A stretch of DNA of 64,000 bases from an uncultured bacterium (GTDB taxonomy: Bacteria > Omnitrophota > Gorgyraeia > Zapsychrales > Aceulaceae), in the NCBI GenBank assembly GCA_937930175.1, contig CALGLP010000018.1:14193-78192 (forward strand), given 5' to 3'. Below the pieces are notes generated by a model. The model was not told where the DNA came from and made no database searches. It saw only the letters and a program-made list of their open reading frames with translations. Numbering within the stretch: position 1 is the stretch's first letter; each line of letters begins with the position of its first letter. Positions 19,106 to 27,959 of the stretch are shown one piece after another. The translations under genes and the position numbers were made by a program.

Positions 19106-19297
19106 TTGACTGGAATTTTTCTCAATAATCGTTTAGTATTTTAAGAATAAAGAGGTAGCTTTTAAGGGGCAAACAGGAACTTTTTTGACTCAGCGAACGG
19201 TCCTATCGGCTGCGTTCAATTCGTCTCAAAAGCTCATGTTTGCCCCCAGATGATCTAAATGTATAAACGCTAGAAATATTGATGAAAGGACATCACC

Positions 19298-19717
19298 ATG
19301 GAAACCTATATCTCAATTAGTAAAGAATGGACCAAGGAGCAAAAAGAAATCTGGAAGGTACTGGAAGCCCACTGGGATTGCCTGGTCAATGCCAAACCTG
19401 ATGATTTTATCAAATACATCCATCCTGATTTTGTTGGCTTTGGCCACGAAAGCCCGTATCCGGTTGATTATGGCTGGCTCAAAGAGTGGGTCGGATTTTG
19501 GTCCAAGAGCACAACCTTTTTGACCCACGCCCTTAAACCGCAGCATATCGTCATTCACGGTGATATCGCGATTGTCCAGTACTACCTTTTTACGATTACC
19601 AAAAATGATGTCAGTGCCGGCAGCAGTTCCATTCGCCGCTACACCATGACCTGGAAAAAGGAAAAGGGAAGCTGGAAGGTGATTGCAAGCCATAACAATC
19701 TTCAAGGCGCGCATTAA
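19298..19717 (+). CDS. NTF2-like/SnoaL-like small protein (DUF4440-type fold)
   Basis: About 139 aa, alpha+beta cone pattern with conserved W/H/D positions (WDCLVNAKPDDFIKYIHPDF); weak assignment. Confidence 0.4.
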   Translation: METYISISKEWTKEQKEIWKVLEAHWDCLVNAKPDDFIKYIHPDFVGFGHESPYPVDYGWLKEWVGFWSKSTTFLTHALKPQHIVIHGDIAIVQYYLFTITKNDVSAGSSSIRRYTMTWKKEKGSWKVIASHNNLQGAH

Positions 19718-19723
19718 TTTTTT

Positions 19724-20341
19724 ATGGTGAGCTCGCCAGCCATGGAAAATCTAGAGCCTATTCGCGAAAAGCTTGTTTTACCCATTGCGCACGCCAAGGT
19801 GCTTTTGCATTGCTGCTGCGCGACCTGTAGTGGCGATATCATCGAAACTATGTTGGCCTCACGCATCACGCCAACACTATTTTTTTATAATCCCAATATC
19901 GACCTTGAAGAAGAATATACAAAACGCAAGAAAGACGTTGTTGCTTTCGCGACGCGTAAGAATATTTCTTTGATTGATGCTGATTATGACAAAGAAGACT
20001 GGCTTGTGGACATTCAAGGTTTAGAAAACGAGCCTGAAGGCGGCAAGCGTTGCGAAAAGTGTTTTCATTTTCGCCTTAAAAAGACAGCGCAATGTGCTAT
20101 CAGTCATGGCTATAATGTGATGACGACAACACTAGGCATTTCCCGCTATAAAAATTTTGAATTGATCACATCGCTAGGCCAGGCGATTGCTAAGGAATAT
20201 CCTGATCTTTTGTATTGGGATTATAATTGGCGTAAACATGGCGGATCGCAGCGCATGTATAAGATCGCCAAACGAGAAGATTTTTATGTTCAAGATTATT
20301 GCGGATGTATTTTCTCCCGACAGAGCCCTGCTATATCATGA
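19724..20341 (+). CDS. queH: epoxyqueuosine reductase QueH (DUF208)
   Basis: LLHCCCATCS N-terminal Cys cluster and a downstream Cys pair (GGKRCEKCFHFRL) typical of QueH; about 200 aa. True start may be the second ATG (19742). Confidence 0.75.
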   Translation: MVSSPAMENLEPIREKLVLPIAHAKVLLHCCCATCSGDIIETMLASRITPTLFFYNPNIDLEEEYTKRKKDVVAFATRKNISLIDADYDKEDWLVDIQGLENEPEGGKRCEKCFHFRLKKTAQCAISHGYNVMTTTLGISRYKNFELITSLGQAIAKEYPDLLYWDYNWRKHGGSQRMYKIAKREDFYVQDYCGCIFSRQSPAIS

Positions 20342-20444
20342 CCCGACTTCGCCAAATGGCTTTCGCCTGTCTTCATAAATCTAGATTGGACTTCGCGTTT
20401 GGCTTGGCCGGGTTCATCCGCCGTTCTAGAAAAAACAGAGGCGG

Positions 20445-20969
20445 ATGATGAAAAAGCTTACCCATCAAGAGATCTTGGATCGCCAAAAAGAAAAGCAAAT
20501 TCTTGCCCGCTTACCCTTCTGTGCGGTTCTAAACAATATCCGCAGCCTTTACAATGTTGGTTCTATTTTTCGCACCGCTGACGGGGCAGGAGTTGAGAAG
20601 CTATGGCTTTGCGGCATCACAGGCCATCCGCCAAGTGCTATGATCACAAAGACAGCCCTTGGAGCCCAGGACTCTGTAGCTTGGGAGTATCGTGAGGATG
20701 TGCTCACCGTTGTGCGTGAATTAAAGTCGAAGGATTACACCATTGTTTTACTAGAGCAAACAAAGACAAGCATCTCTTTTGAGCACTTTGTTCCAAAGGC
20801 ACCGATATGTTTGATCGTGGGCAATGAGATTTCTGGAGCTTCTGATGAGCTTTTAGCACTTTGTGATTGCGCCATTGAGATCGCCATGCGCGGGTCCAAG
20901 AATTCCTTGAACGTCTCGGTTGCGTTTGGTATTGCCGCGTATCGTATTGCCAATGCGATCGCTTCTTGA
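20445..20969 (+). CDS. SpoU/TrmH-family RNA 2'-O-methyltransferase
   Basis: SPOUT knot motifs: NVGSIFRTADGAG, LIVGNEISG, VSVAFGIAAY; 174 aa. Confidence 0.7.
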   Translation: MMKKLTHQEILDRQKEKQILARLPFCAVLNNIRSLYNVGSIFRTADGAGVEKLWLCGITGHPPSAMITKTALGAQDSVAWEYREDVLTVVRELKSKDYTIVLLEQTKTSISFEHFVPKAPICLIVGNEISGASDELLALCDCAIEIAMRGSKNSLNVSVAFGIAAYRIANAIAS

Positions 20970-21123
20970 CCCAAAGAGCAAAGATTTCGAAGAAAAGGAT
21001 TGCAACGAGGAGCTTTAAAAGTAACAATGTTGTGGCGCTGTTGCGATAACGCAACAGCGCCTGATTAAATCGCTGTAGTCACTCGTTAATCATGGTAATC
21101 TCAATTTAAGAAATGGATCAACA

Positions 21124-21723
21124 ATGAAGATTGTGTTTAATTTTATGCGGCGGCTTTATGACTGGGTGATTGGTTTTGCGGCTAAACCTTACGCGCTTTT
21201 GGTTTTGATGATCGTTGCCTTTGCGGAGTCAAGCTGTTTTATTATTCCACCCGACGTGCTTTTGATCGCCATGGGGCTTGCCAAGCCCAAGAAAGCATTT
21301 TTTTATGCCTTGGTGTGTTCAATTTTTTCTGTCTTAGGCGGGCTTTTGGGTTATTTTATCGGCTATTATCTATGGGTCGCGGTCAAAGGATTTTTTATCC
21401 CGCATATTTTTAGCCAAGGGCTCTTTGACCTTGTGAGCAGCAAGTATAATTTGTATTCTTTCTGGATTGTTTTCGCTGCTGCGTTTACGCCGATTCCGTA
21501 TAAAGTTTTTACCATCACAGGTGGGGTATGTTCAGTTAATCTGATGGGATTTTTTCTTGCGTCCGTGGTTGGCCGATCTCTACGCTTTTTCCTTGTGTCT
21601 GCGATATTTTACTTTTTTGGTGAAAAAGCCAAGAAATTTATCGATGACTATTTTGGCTGGCTTACGCTCGGGCTTACAGCGCTCCTGATTCTAGGATTTT
21701 ACTATATAAAGCGTATGTTTTAG
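21124..21723 (+). CDS. YqaA/DedA-related inner membrane protein
   Basis: Polytopic, about 199 aa, YqaA-like pattern (PPDVLLIAMGLAKPKKAFFYALVCSIFSVLGGLLGYFIGY). Confidence 0.55.
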   Translation: MKIVFNFMRRLYDWVIGFAAKPYALLVLMIVAFAESSCFIIPPDVLLIAMGLAKPKKAFFYALVCSIFSVLGGLLGYFIGYYLWVAVKGFFIPHIFSQGLFDLVSSKYNLYSFWIVFAAAFTPIPYKVFTITGGVCSVNLMGFFLASVVGRSLRFFLVSAIFYFFGEKAKKFIDDYFGWLTLGLTALLILGFYYIKRMF

Positions 21724-21789
21724 GCATTGAAACCCTATTGCCTTGTGATAAAATAAAAATTAATTTAGGTTTGAAGAAATGAAATTTTT

Positions 21790-22188
21790 ATGAAGAAATC
21801 ACAGTATTTACTTTTAATCATAATCACCTGTGTCTTAGCGTTATTTCCGAGCCAATGCTTTGCCAACGCCCTTACCATTACCAATTTTGGCCCTTCGTCG
21901 GTTGACACCACCAATCGCACCATGACCTTTACCTTTGATATTGCCTGGGACAATAGCTGGAAGGATGCGACCAATTATGATGCAGTGTGGATTTTTATGA
22001 AACGAAAGAATACCTCTACAGGCGTTTGGTCCCATGCTACCATGGCTGAAAGCGGGACAAACCCATCAGGCTTTAGCGCACCCACTGATAGCGAGATCAT
22101 TGTTCCAACGGATCTCAAAGGCTTTTTCTTCCAGCGCACAGATACAGGGGCGGATGATGTGTCGTTTGAGGGTGTTCAATTTGTCTAG
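21790..22188 (+). CDS. secreted N-terminal segment of an FGE-domain protein (ends at in-frame TAG 22186-22188)
   Basis: Signal peptide MKKSQYLLLIIITCVLALFPSQCFA. The same frame continues after a single TAG into the FGE domain. Confidence 0.5.
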   Translation: MKKSQYLLLIIITCVLALFPSQCFANALTITNFGPSSVDTTNRTMTFTFDIAWDNSWKDATNYDAVWIFMKRKNTSTGVWSHATMAESGTNPSGFSAPTDSEIIVPTDLKGFFFQRTDTGADDVSFEGVQFV

Positions 22189-22263
22189 GATTATGGGGCT
22201 GATGGCTTTTCAGATACTCAGGCCAACTCCACAACATCAACGTTCAAATTGTTTGGCACAGAG

Positions 22264-23352
22264 ATGGTGTACATTCCAACTGGGAGTTTTTATGTTGGTT
22301 CTGGCGGCACAGAAACTGGTAGCTTTACTGATGGATCATGGTCCTCTGGTGCCACCATTCCTTTGTTGATCACGTCTGAAGCCGAGTTAACAGTAGCGCA
22401 AAGCGCTGGAAACCTTTGGTACACTGCGGCAGGCAACTCCGGCGACCAGACAGGCCCTATTCCTGCGGCATTTCCCAAAGGCTATAGTGCTTTTTATCTG
22501 ATGAAATACGAGATCACTCAAGGTCAATATCGAGATTTTTTAAACACCCTTACCTATGACCAGCAAGAAACAAGAACTGCCAATGCTCCAAGCTCTGCTG
22601 CTAGAACAAATGCATTACCTGGCGCGAGAAATGGAATAGATATACAAACTTCCGGTACGGATAATACAACCCCTGCTGTTTATGCATGTAATTTAGATAA
22701 TGATACGAATTATAATGAAGTAACTGATGGCCAGTGCATTGCCTGTAACAATTTGGCTTGGGATGATCTCGCGGCCTATCTTGATTGGAGCGGTTTGCGG
22801 CCTATGACCGAGCTAGAGTTTGTAAAAGCATGCCGAGGCCCGTTAACACCTGTTGCTGATGAATATGCTTGGGGCAACGCGACTCCTGCGGATGCTGCGT
22901 ATACTCTGGCAAATTCTGGCGCGGTAAATGAAAATACTTCCGCAAATTATAAAACTGATGGTAAGGGTAATTGCTTGTATACAACGACGGAAAATGATTT
23001 TAATGGGCCTTGCCGTGTTGGGATGTTCGCGGGACATGCAAGCAATAACGGCCGTGTTACAGCGGGTTCTGGCTATTATGGCAACATGGAATTGAGCGGT
23101 AATCTTTACGAAAGGCCTGTTACCGTCGGTAATTCGACAGGCAGAGCTTTTACAGGTGTTCATGGCAACGGGGCATTAGACGCAACAGGTGATGCGGATG
23201 CCTCAAATTGGCCAGTAGGCACTGGGTATTATGGTGGCAATTATAACAGTTCTGCAGCGTACACGAAAGTTTCCAACCGCGCTTACGCGTCGGTTATTGT
23301 CGGCGCTCGCTATGGCAGTGACGGTGGCCGTGGAGCCAGAACAGCGCCGTAG
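22264..23352 (+). CDS. formylglycine-generating-enzyme (SUMF1/FGE-sulfatase) domain protein, C-terminal segment
   Basis: YLMKYEITQGQYRDFL and MVYIPTGSFYVGS are characteristic of PF03781 (compare MGKYEVTxxQY, VxIPxGxFxMGS). G/N/T-rich. In frame with 21790-22188 across one stop codon. Start codon uncertain (ATG 22264 or TTG 22249). Confidence 0.6.
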   Translation: MVYIPTGSFYVGSGGTETGSFTDGSWSSGATIPLLITSEAELTVAQSAGNLWYTAAGNSGDQTGPIPAAFPKGYSAFYLMKYEITQGQYRDFLNTLTYDQQETRTANAPSSAARTNALPGARNGIDIQTSGTDNTTPAVYACNLDNDTNYNEVTDGQCIACNNLAWDDLAAYLDWSGLRPMTELEFVKACRGPLTPVADEYAWGNATPADAAYTLANSGAVNENTSANYKTDGKGNCLYTTTENDFNGPCRVGMFAGHASNNGRVTAGSGYYGNMELSGNLYERPVTVGNSTGRAFTGVHGNGALDATGDADASNWPVGTGYYGGNYNSSAAYTKVSNRAYASVIVGARYGSDGGRGARTAP

Positions 23353-23375
23353 ATTTGACGAAAAGGATGTTATTG

Positions 23376-23403
23376 GGGCGCAAGTGCGTTCGCACTTGCG
23401 CCC
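23376..23403 (+). terminator. perfect palindrome / hairpin after the FGE gene
   Basis: gggcgcaagtgcg tt cgcacttgcgccc: 13-bp perfect inverted repeat; no strong T-tract, so it may be a bidirectional or weak terminator. Confidence 0.4.
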
Positions 23404-23431
23404 TTGATACATCAATTGAAATTAAATCAAA

Positions 23432-24109
23432 ATGAAAAAAAAGTTGATTAAAGCAAGTGCGGTTATTTTTGATATGGACGGCGTCATCACTGATACCATG
23501 CGCTATCATTATTTTGCATGGAAGCGCGTGTTTGCGACCGTTGGCGTATGTGTCACGCGACTTGATGTCTATAAGCGTGAAGGCCAACGCGGGATCACAA
23601 GCATTTTAGGCATGTGCAAAGATAAAGGCATTATCATTGACCGCAAAACCGCGCAACGGCTTTTAGATGAGAAAGAAATATTGTTTAAAAAGATTTTTAA
23701 GAAAAGATTTATTTGTGGTTCACGAAGCTTTGTGCGTAGGATTCATCAAAGCGGTTTTCGCTTGGCCCTTGTCACTGGAACATCCTTTCATGAAGTCGAA
23801 AAAATATTACCTAAGGATCTGCGTACAATGTTTGAAATTGTTGTCACAGGTTGTGATGTGCGCCATGGGAAGCCACATCCTGAACCTTTCAAAAAAGCGT
23901 TAAGATTGTTAAAAATAAACGCCAGGGAAGCCATTGTCCTAGAAAATGCGCCCTTGGGTGTCTTGTCAGCCAAGCGTGCGGGCTTGCGGTGTCTAGCGCT
24001 TGAAACATCGTTGCCGCGTAGCTATCTAGGACACGCTGATCAAGTTTTTACCTCATACAAGGAAATGAACCATGGCGTTGATTTTGTCTTAAAAAGAGTA
24101 CAGCTATGA
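23432..24109 (+). CDS. HAD-superfamily hydrolase, subfamily IA (beta-phosphoglucomutase-like)
   Basis: Motif I FDMDGVITDT, motif II LVTGTS, and a lysine/aspartate C-terminal motif (GKPHPEPF..LENAPLG). Confidence 0.7.
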   Translation: MKKKLIKASAVIFDMDGVITDTMRYHYFAWKRVFATVGVCVTRLDVYKREGQRGITSILGMCKDKGIIIDRKTAQRLLDEKEILFKKIFKKRFICGSRSFVRRIHQSGFRLALVTGTSFHEVEKILPKDLRTMFEIVVTGCDVRHGKPHPEPFKKALRLLKINAREAIVLENAPLGVLSAKRAGLRCLALETSLPRSYLGHADQVFTSYKEMNHGVDFVLKRVQL

Positions 24110-24972
24110 TAAAAAATGTGATCGTTGTTAACAAAAAAACGTTTTATGAATTTTGTTTTCTCGATCAGCCTGGCCTTAAGCGGTCAACGCAGATGTCTTT
24201 TTCTCGTCGAGATCTTGCGCGATTTAAAGAGATGCATGCCGCGCATCATACAACGCTCAAAGAAGTCCAACATGTCCTTAACAAATATCGCATGCGCTAT
24301 CGGGTGAGCCATCGCAAGATGCACATTCCTTATGATGCCTACGACCTTGTGATTACGGTTGGGGGAGATGGCACATTTTTGCAGGCTGCGCGCCAACTTT
24401 CTGGGCAGAAAATTTTAGGTGTCAACTCTGATCCTAAGCGCAGTATTGGTAAGTTTTGTGTGGCCCATGCCAAAAACTTTGAAAGAATATTTTCTTTAAT
24501 CTTGTCCGGCCAAACCAAGACAAAGCGCCTGGCACGATTTGCGCTAACGACAAGAAAGCAAAAGAAGCAATTTTTTGTGCTCAATGATATTTTAGTTTGT
24601 GACGCCAATCCCGCAGCTATGAGCCGTTATGTTCTGACCATCGGTAAGGAAAGTGAAGAACAGCGCAGTTCTGGGCTTTGGGTATCAACCGCAAGCGGCT
24701 CCACAGGGGCGATCCATTCATCAGGCGGCCAAATTTTAAAAGATACAAGTAGTAATATTCAATATCGACCGCGCGAACTTTATCATCAGCGTTTACATCC
24801 ATGCCGCTTTACCGGCGACATTCTTTCCCTTAAAAAACCTTTGATGATCCGATCGATGATGCGTAGTGGTGTTATTTATGTTGACGGCGCGCATTTTAAA
24901 ATCTCTTTTTCCTACGGTGATGAGGCCTGTATTGAGCGCTCTCTTTCGCCCATTGAAACTTTTGCCCCGTAA
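24106..24972 (+). CDS. nadK: NAD(+) kinase
   Basis: GGDGT motif (DLVITVGGDGTFLQAAR) and NDILV..A..S ATP-NAD kinase blocks; ATGA overlap with the upstream gene. Confidence 0.8.
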   Translation: MIKNVIVVNKKTFYEFCFLDQPGLKRSTQMSFSRRDLARFKEMHAAHHTTLKEVQHVLNKYRMRYRVSHRKMHIPYDAYDLVITVGGDGTFLQAARQLSGQKILGVNSDPKRSIGKFCVAHAKNFERIFSLILSGQTKTKRLARFALTTRKQKKQFFVLNDILVCDANPAAMSRYVLTIGKESEEQRSSGLWVSTASGSTGAIHSSGGQILKDTSSNIQYRPRELYHQRLHPCRFTGDILSLKKPLMIRSMMRSGVIYVDGAHFKISFSYGDEACIERSLSPIETFAP

Positions 24973-24977
24973 GAGTT

Positions 24978-26030
24978 ATGCCTAAACCTTCTTTTGCCCA
25001 AAAACTTATTGGTTGGTTTGAAAAGAACAAGCGCAGCCTTCCGTGGCGTGAAACATCTGATCCTTATAAGATCTGGATTTCCGAGATCATGTTGCAGCAA
25101 ACAACTGTTAATGCCGTGATTCCTTACTACAAGCGTTGGATTAAGCGCTTTCCAAGTGTCCAGGATTTAGCTCGTGCGCAACTTAAAACGGTTTTAACGT
25201 TGTGGCAAGGGTTGGGGTATTATCGACGCGTTAATAATTTGCATACCACAGCTAAAAAGATTGTTCAAAATTTCCATGGCCAAATTCCACAAGATAGAGA
25301 AACCCTTGAAAAGCTTCCAGGTTTTGGTCCTTATACAACAGGAGCGGTTTTAAGTATTGCTTTTGGCCAGCGTGAACCAATTATTGATGCTAATGTGCGG
25401 CGTGTTTTGATGCGGATTCTAGGCCTGCGCGGGAAAGCTGACACAACTCAAGATAAAACCATCTATGCCTTTTTGCATGAAGCAATGCCGCATCAAAAAA
25501 TGAGTGCATTTAATCAAGGCTTGATGGAGCTGGGGGCAATGATTTGTCAGTCAAGGGACATTCGCTGCGGCGAATGTCCCTTACGTGTTTTTTGCAAAGC
25601 CTATGCCAAAGGAATTCAACAGCTCATTCCCAAGAAGCAAACGAAAAAACTCATTATGAAGAAAGTATGCGTTGGGATCATAGAAAACAAAAAGCGTTTT
25701 TTTATTCAAAAACGCCCATCAGGCGGACTTTTAGGAGATCTCTGGGAATTTCCTGGAGGCCAAAAAGAAAAAGGGGAGACCTTACTTGTTGCGCTTAAAC
25801 GTGAAATTCAGGAAGAACTTGGCGTCGCAGTAACGCAGGCCAAATTATTTTTTAGTACAAAACATTTTTATACACAATTTTGTGCGCATCTTTATGCTTT
25901 TAAGTGTAACGTAGATCCACTACCAAGGTTGGGACAAACAAGAAAATGGGTCACGCTTAAGGATTTCGAGCGTTATCCCATGCCATCAGGGACATGCAAG
26001 ATCGTGGAATACCTTAAAAAAATTACTTAA
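24978..26030 (+). CDS. mutY: A/G-specific adenine DNA glycosylase MutY
   Basis: LPWR..DPYKIWISEIMLQQT HhH-GPD N-terminus, 4Fe-4S cysteine cluster (C..CGEC..C), C-terminal NUDIX-like domain; 350 aa. Confidence 0.85.
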   Translation: MPKPSFAQKLIGWFEKNKRSLPWRETSDPYKIWISEIMLQQTTVNAVIPYYKRWIKRFPSVQDLARAQLKTVLTLWQGLGYYRRVNNLHTTAKKIVQNFHGQIPQDRETLEKLPGFGPYTTGAVLSIAFGQREPIIDANVRRVLMRILGLRGKADTTQDKTIYAFLHEAMPHQKMSAFNQGLMELGAMICQSRDIRCGECPLRVFCKAYAKGIQQLIPKKQTKKLIMKKVCVGIIENKKRFFIQKRPSGGLLGDLWEFPGGQKEKGETLLVALKREIQEELGVAVTQAKLFFSTKHFYTQFCAHLYAFKCNVDPLPRLGQTRKWVTLKDFERYPMPSGTCKIVEYLKKIT

Positions 26031-26043
26031 ACGGAGCAATTTC

Positions 26044-26802
26044 ATGAAAATTCTTTTAACCAATGATGATGGTATTTACGCAGAGGGTCTTTTAGCGCTT
26101 TTTAAGGAAATAAAGACCATGGGCTCTGTGACTGTGGTAGCGCCAGATTCGCAGCGAAGCTCAGTAGGCCACGGGATCACGCTTGGAAGCCCTGTTATTG
26201 CACGTAAAATAACAACGCCTAAGGGAATTTCTGGTATTGGGCTCACAGGAACGCCAGCGGATTGCGTGAAATTTGCCCTCAAAAGAGTCTTGAAATCAAA
26301 ACCTGATATTGTTGTTTCTGGAATCAATCTTGGCCCCAACGACGGATGCAGTGTTTTTTATTCGGGAACAGTGGCCGGGGCCAGGGAAGCATCGCTGTAT
26401 GGAATACCAGCCATTGCTTTCTCGCTTAATACCTTTGTGAATCCTGATTTTCGTTATGCCGCAAGATTTGCCAAGAAAATGATAAAGCAGGTTTTGGTTA
26501 AAGGCTTGCCAAGAGAAACATTTTTAAGCGTCAATGTTCCCGCACTTAAACCAAATAACATCAAAGGCGTTAGGATAACCCGCCAGGGCAAGGTTCCTAT
26601 TGTCACGCGTTTTTTAAAAATAAAACGCTCGAAGGATGACGAATCTTTATCTTTTTGGATGACAGGAGATACGCCAAAGCGTGAGAAGAGTCGAGATATT
26701 GATACCGTTGCGCTTAATCAAGGTTACATCACTGTGACGCCGATTCAAAATGATTTGACTAGCTATCATGCCCTTGCCCAAATGGCGAATTGGCGCCTGT
26801 AA
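26044..26802 (+). CDS. surE: 5'/3'-nucleotidase SurE
   Basis: MKILLTNDDGIYAEGL N-terminus and SGINLGPN block. Confidence 0.85.
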   Translation: MKILLTNDDGIYAEGLLALFKEIKTMGSVTVVAPDSQRSSVGHGITLGSPVIARKITTPKGISGIGLTGTPADCVKFALKRVLKSKPDIVVSGINLGPNDGCSVFYSGTVAGAREASLYGIPAIAFSLNTFVNPDFRYAARFAKKMIKQVLVKGLPRETFLSVNVPALKPNNIKGVRITRQGKVPIVTRFLKIKRSKDDESLSFWMTGDTPKREKSRDIDTVALNQGYITVTPIQNDLTSYHALAQMANWRL

Positions 26803-26830
26803 TCTAAAACCATAATTTCGGTTTTTGTGT

Positions 26831-26858
26831 TTGATTCTTACCCAAAACCCATTAAAAT
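26831..26858 (+). promoter_or_regulatory. sigma70-like promoter upstream of the phosphorelay cluster
   Basis: TTGATT - 16 nt - TAAAAT, 27 nt before ATG 26885 (RBS AAAGGAG). Confidence 0.45.
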
Positions 26859-26884
26859 AGACGTAGCAAAATGATAAAGGAGAA

Positions 26885-27946
26885 ATGGTGCTCCAGGATT
26901 TAATCTTTAAAGCAAAAATTTTGATTATTGATGATCAGAGGCTTCACATTGGCCTTTTGGAGGATATTTTGCGTAAATCTGGGTATCAAAACATTCAAAG
27001 CATCACCAATCCACAGGATGCAATTGAACTTTACAAAGATTATCAACCCGACTTGATCTTACTTGATCTGGAAATGCCTAAAATTGACGGCTTTACCATC
27101 ATGGCACAATTAAAAGAGTTGACGGGTGAGGAGCGCTTGCCGCTTTTGGCTCTATCGCCCAGTCGAAGCCAAGAATTAAAGGCCTTAGAATCTGGGGCAA
27201 CGGATTTTCTAACAAAACCTTATGAAGGTATTGAGGTTTTGGTACGTATTCACAACATTATTGAAACGCGCCTATTAAATAACGCCGTTCGTAATCAGAA
27301 TAAAATCCTTGAAGAAAAAGTGAAAGAACGCACCCAGGAGTTAAGTCAGACGCGCTTGGACATTATTCAACGTTTGGCGCATGCTGCGGAATACCGCGAT
27401 GAGGATACCGGTGTTCACATTGTGCGCATGAGCAAGCTTTGCGCAAAGCTTGGCGCAGCGCTAGGGCTTGATGCCCAGCAGTATGATCTCATTTTAAACG
27501 CAAGCCCTTTACATGATATTGGCAAGCTTGGTGTTCCTGATAGCATTCTTTTAAAGCCAGCCAAATTGACTCCCGAAGAGTGGGAGATCATGAAAAAGCA
27601 CACCACAATTGGCGCAAAACTTCTTTCCGGCAGCGATTCCGATTTTATGAAAATGGCAGAGACGATCGCGCTCACACATCATGAAAAATGGGATGGGACA
27701 GGGTATCCTCAAGGGCTTAAAGGCGAGGCTATTCCCTTAGTGGGTCGCATTGTGGCTATTTGTGATGTTTTTGATGCGCTGATGTCCCGACGTCCGTATA
27801 AAAAAGCCTGGACTTTAGATGAAACTCTCGCGGAAATCAAGCGGACCAGCGGAACACACTTTGATCCTCAAGTCGCGGATGTGTTTTCGCGTGTTGTGCT
27901 TTCCGAGCGTGATGAAATCGCACAGCAATACATGATTGACGAATAG
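26885..27946 (+). CDS. response regulator with HD-GYP output domain (putative c-di-GMP phosphodiesterase, RpfG-like)
   Basis: REC domain (ILIIDDQ..DLILLDLEMPKIDG) plus HD..H..HHEKWDGTGYP (HD-GYP signature). Confidence 0.8.
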   Translation: MVLQDLIFKAKILIIDDQRLHIGLLEDILRKSGYQNIQSITNPQDAIELYKDYQPDLILLDLEMPKIDGFTIMAQLKELTGEERLPLLALSPSRSQELKALESGATDFLTKPYEGIEVLVRIHNIIETRLLNNAVRNQNKILEEKVKERTQELSQTRLDIIQRLAHAAEYRDEDTGVHIVRMSKLCAKLGAALGLDAQQYDLILNASPLHDIGKLGVPDSILLKPAKLTPEEWEIMKKHTTIGAKLLSGSDSDFMKMAETIALTHHEKWDGTGYPQGLKGEAIPLVGRIVAICDVFDALMSRRPYKKAWTLDETLAEIKRTSGTHFDPQVADVFSRVVLSERDEIAQQYMIDE

Positions 27947-27959
27947 AAAAGTTAAAGGC

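Noticed and set aside
19160-19250. c-di-GMP-I (GEMM) riboswitch suggested by the ggcaaac string.
   Set aside because: It lacks the conserved GACGCAAAGC and tetraloop-receptor features, so it is retained only as a generic structured element.
19313-19714. 133-aa minus-strand ORF antisense to the NTF2-like gene. Similar antisense ORFs lie inside metH (17104-17767), fumC (34918-35702), leuC (49485-50120) and bioB-like (58671-58853).
   Set aside because: They are fully embedded antisense to genes with clear homology and have no RBS or family resemblance, so they are typical spurious ORFs.
21034-21061. 12-bp perfect hairpin (ggcgctgttgcg ataa cgcaacagcgcc) after spoU as a terminator.
   Set aside because: There is no U-tract on either strand. 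It may still be a weak or factor-dependent terminator but is not confidently callable.
22186-22188. In-frame TAG together with a BioB-like radical SAM gene (PylB is BioB-like), raising the idea of pyrrolysine decoding.
   Set aside because: No pylS, pylT, pylC or pylD-like genes are in the window, the only tRNA is Lys-CUU, and the radical SAM gene has BioB-specific motifs. A pseudogene or sequencing error is far more likely.
22034-22369. 111-aa ORF overlapping the FGE interruption region in another frame.
   Set aside because: The composition is unprotein-like and it overlaps the continuous FGE reading frame. It is an artefact of G/C-rich sequence.
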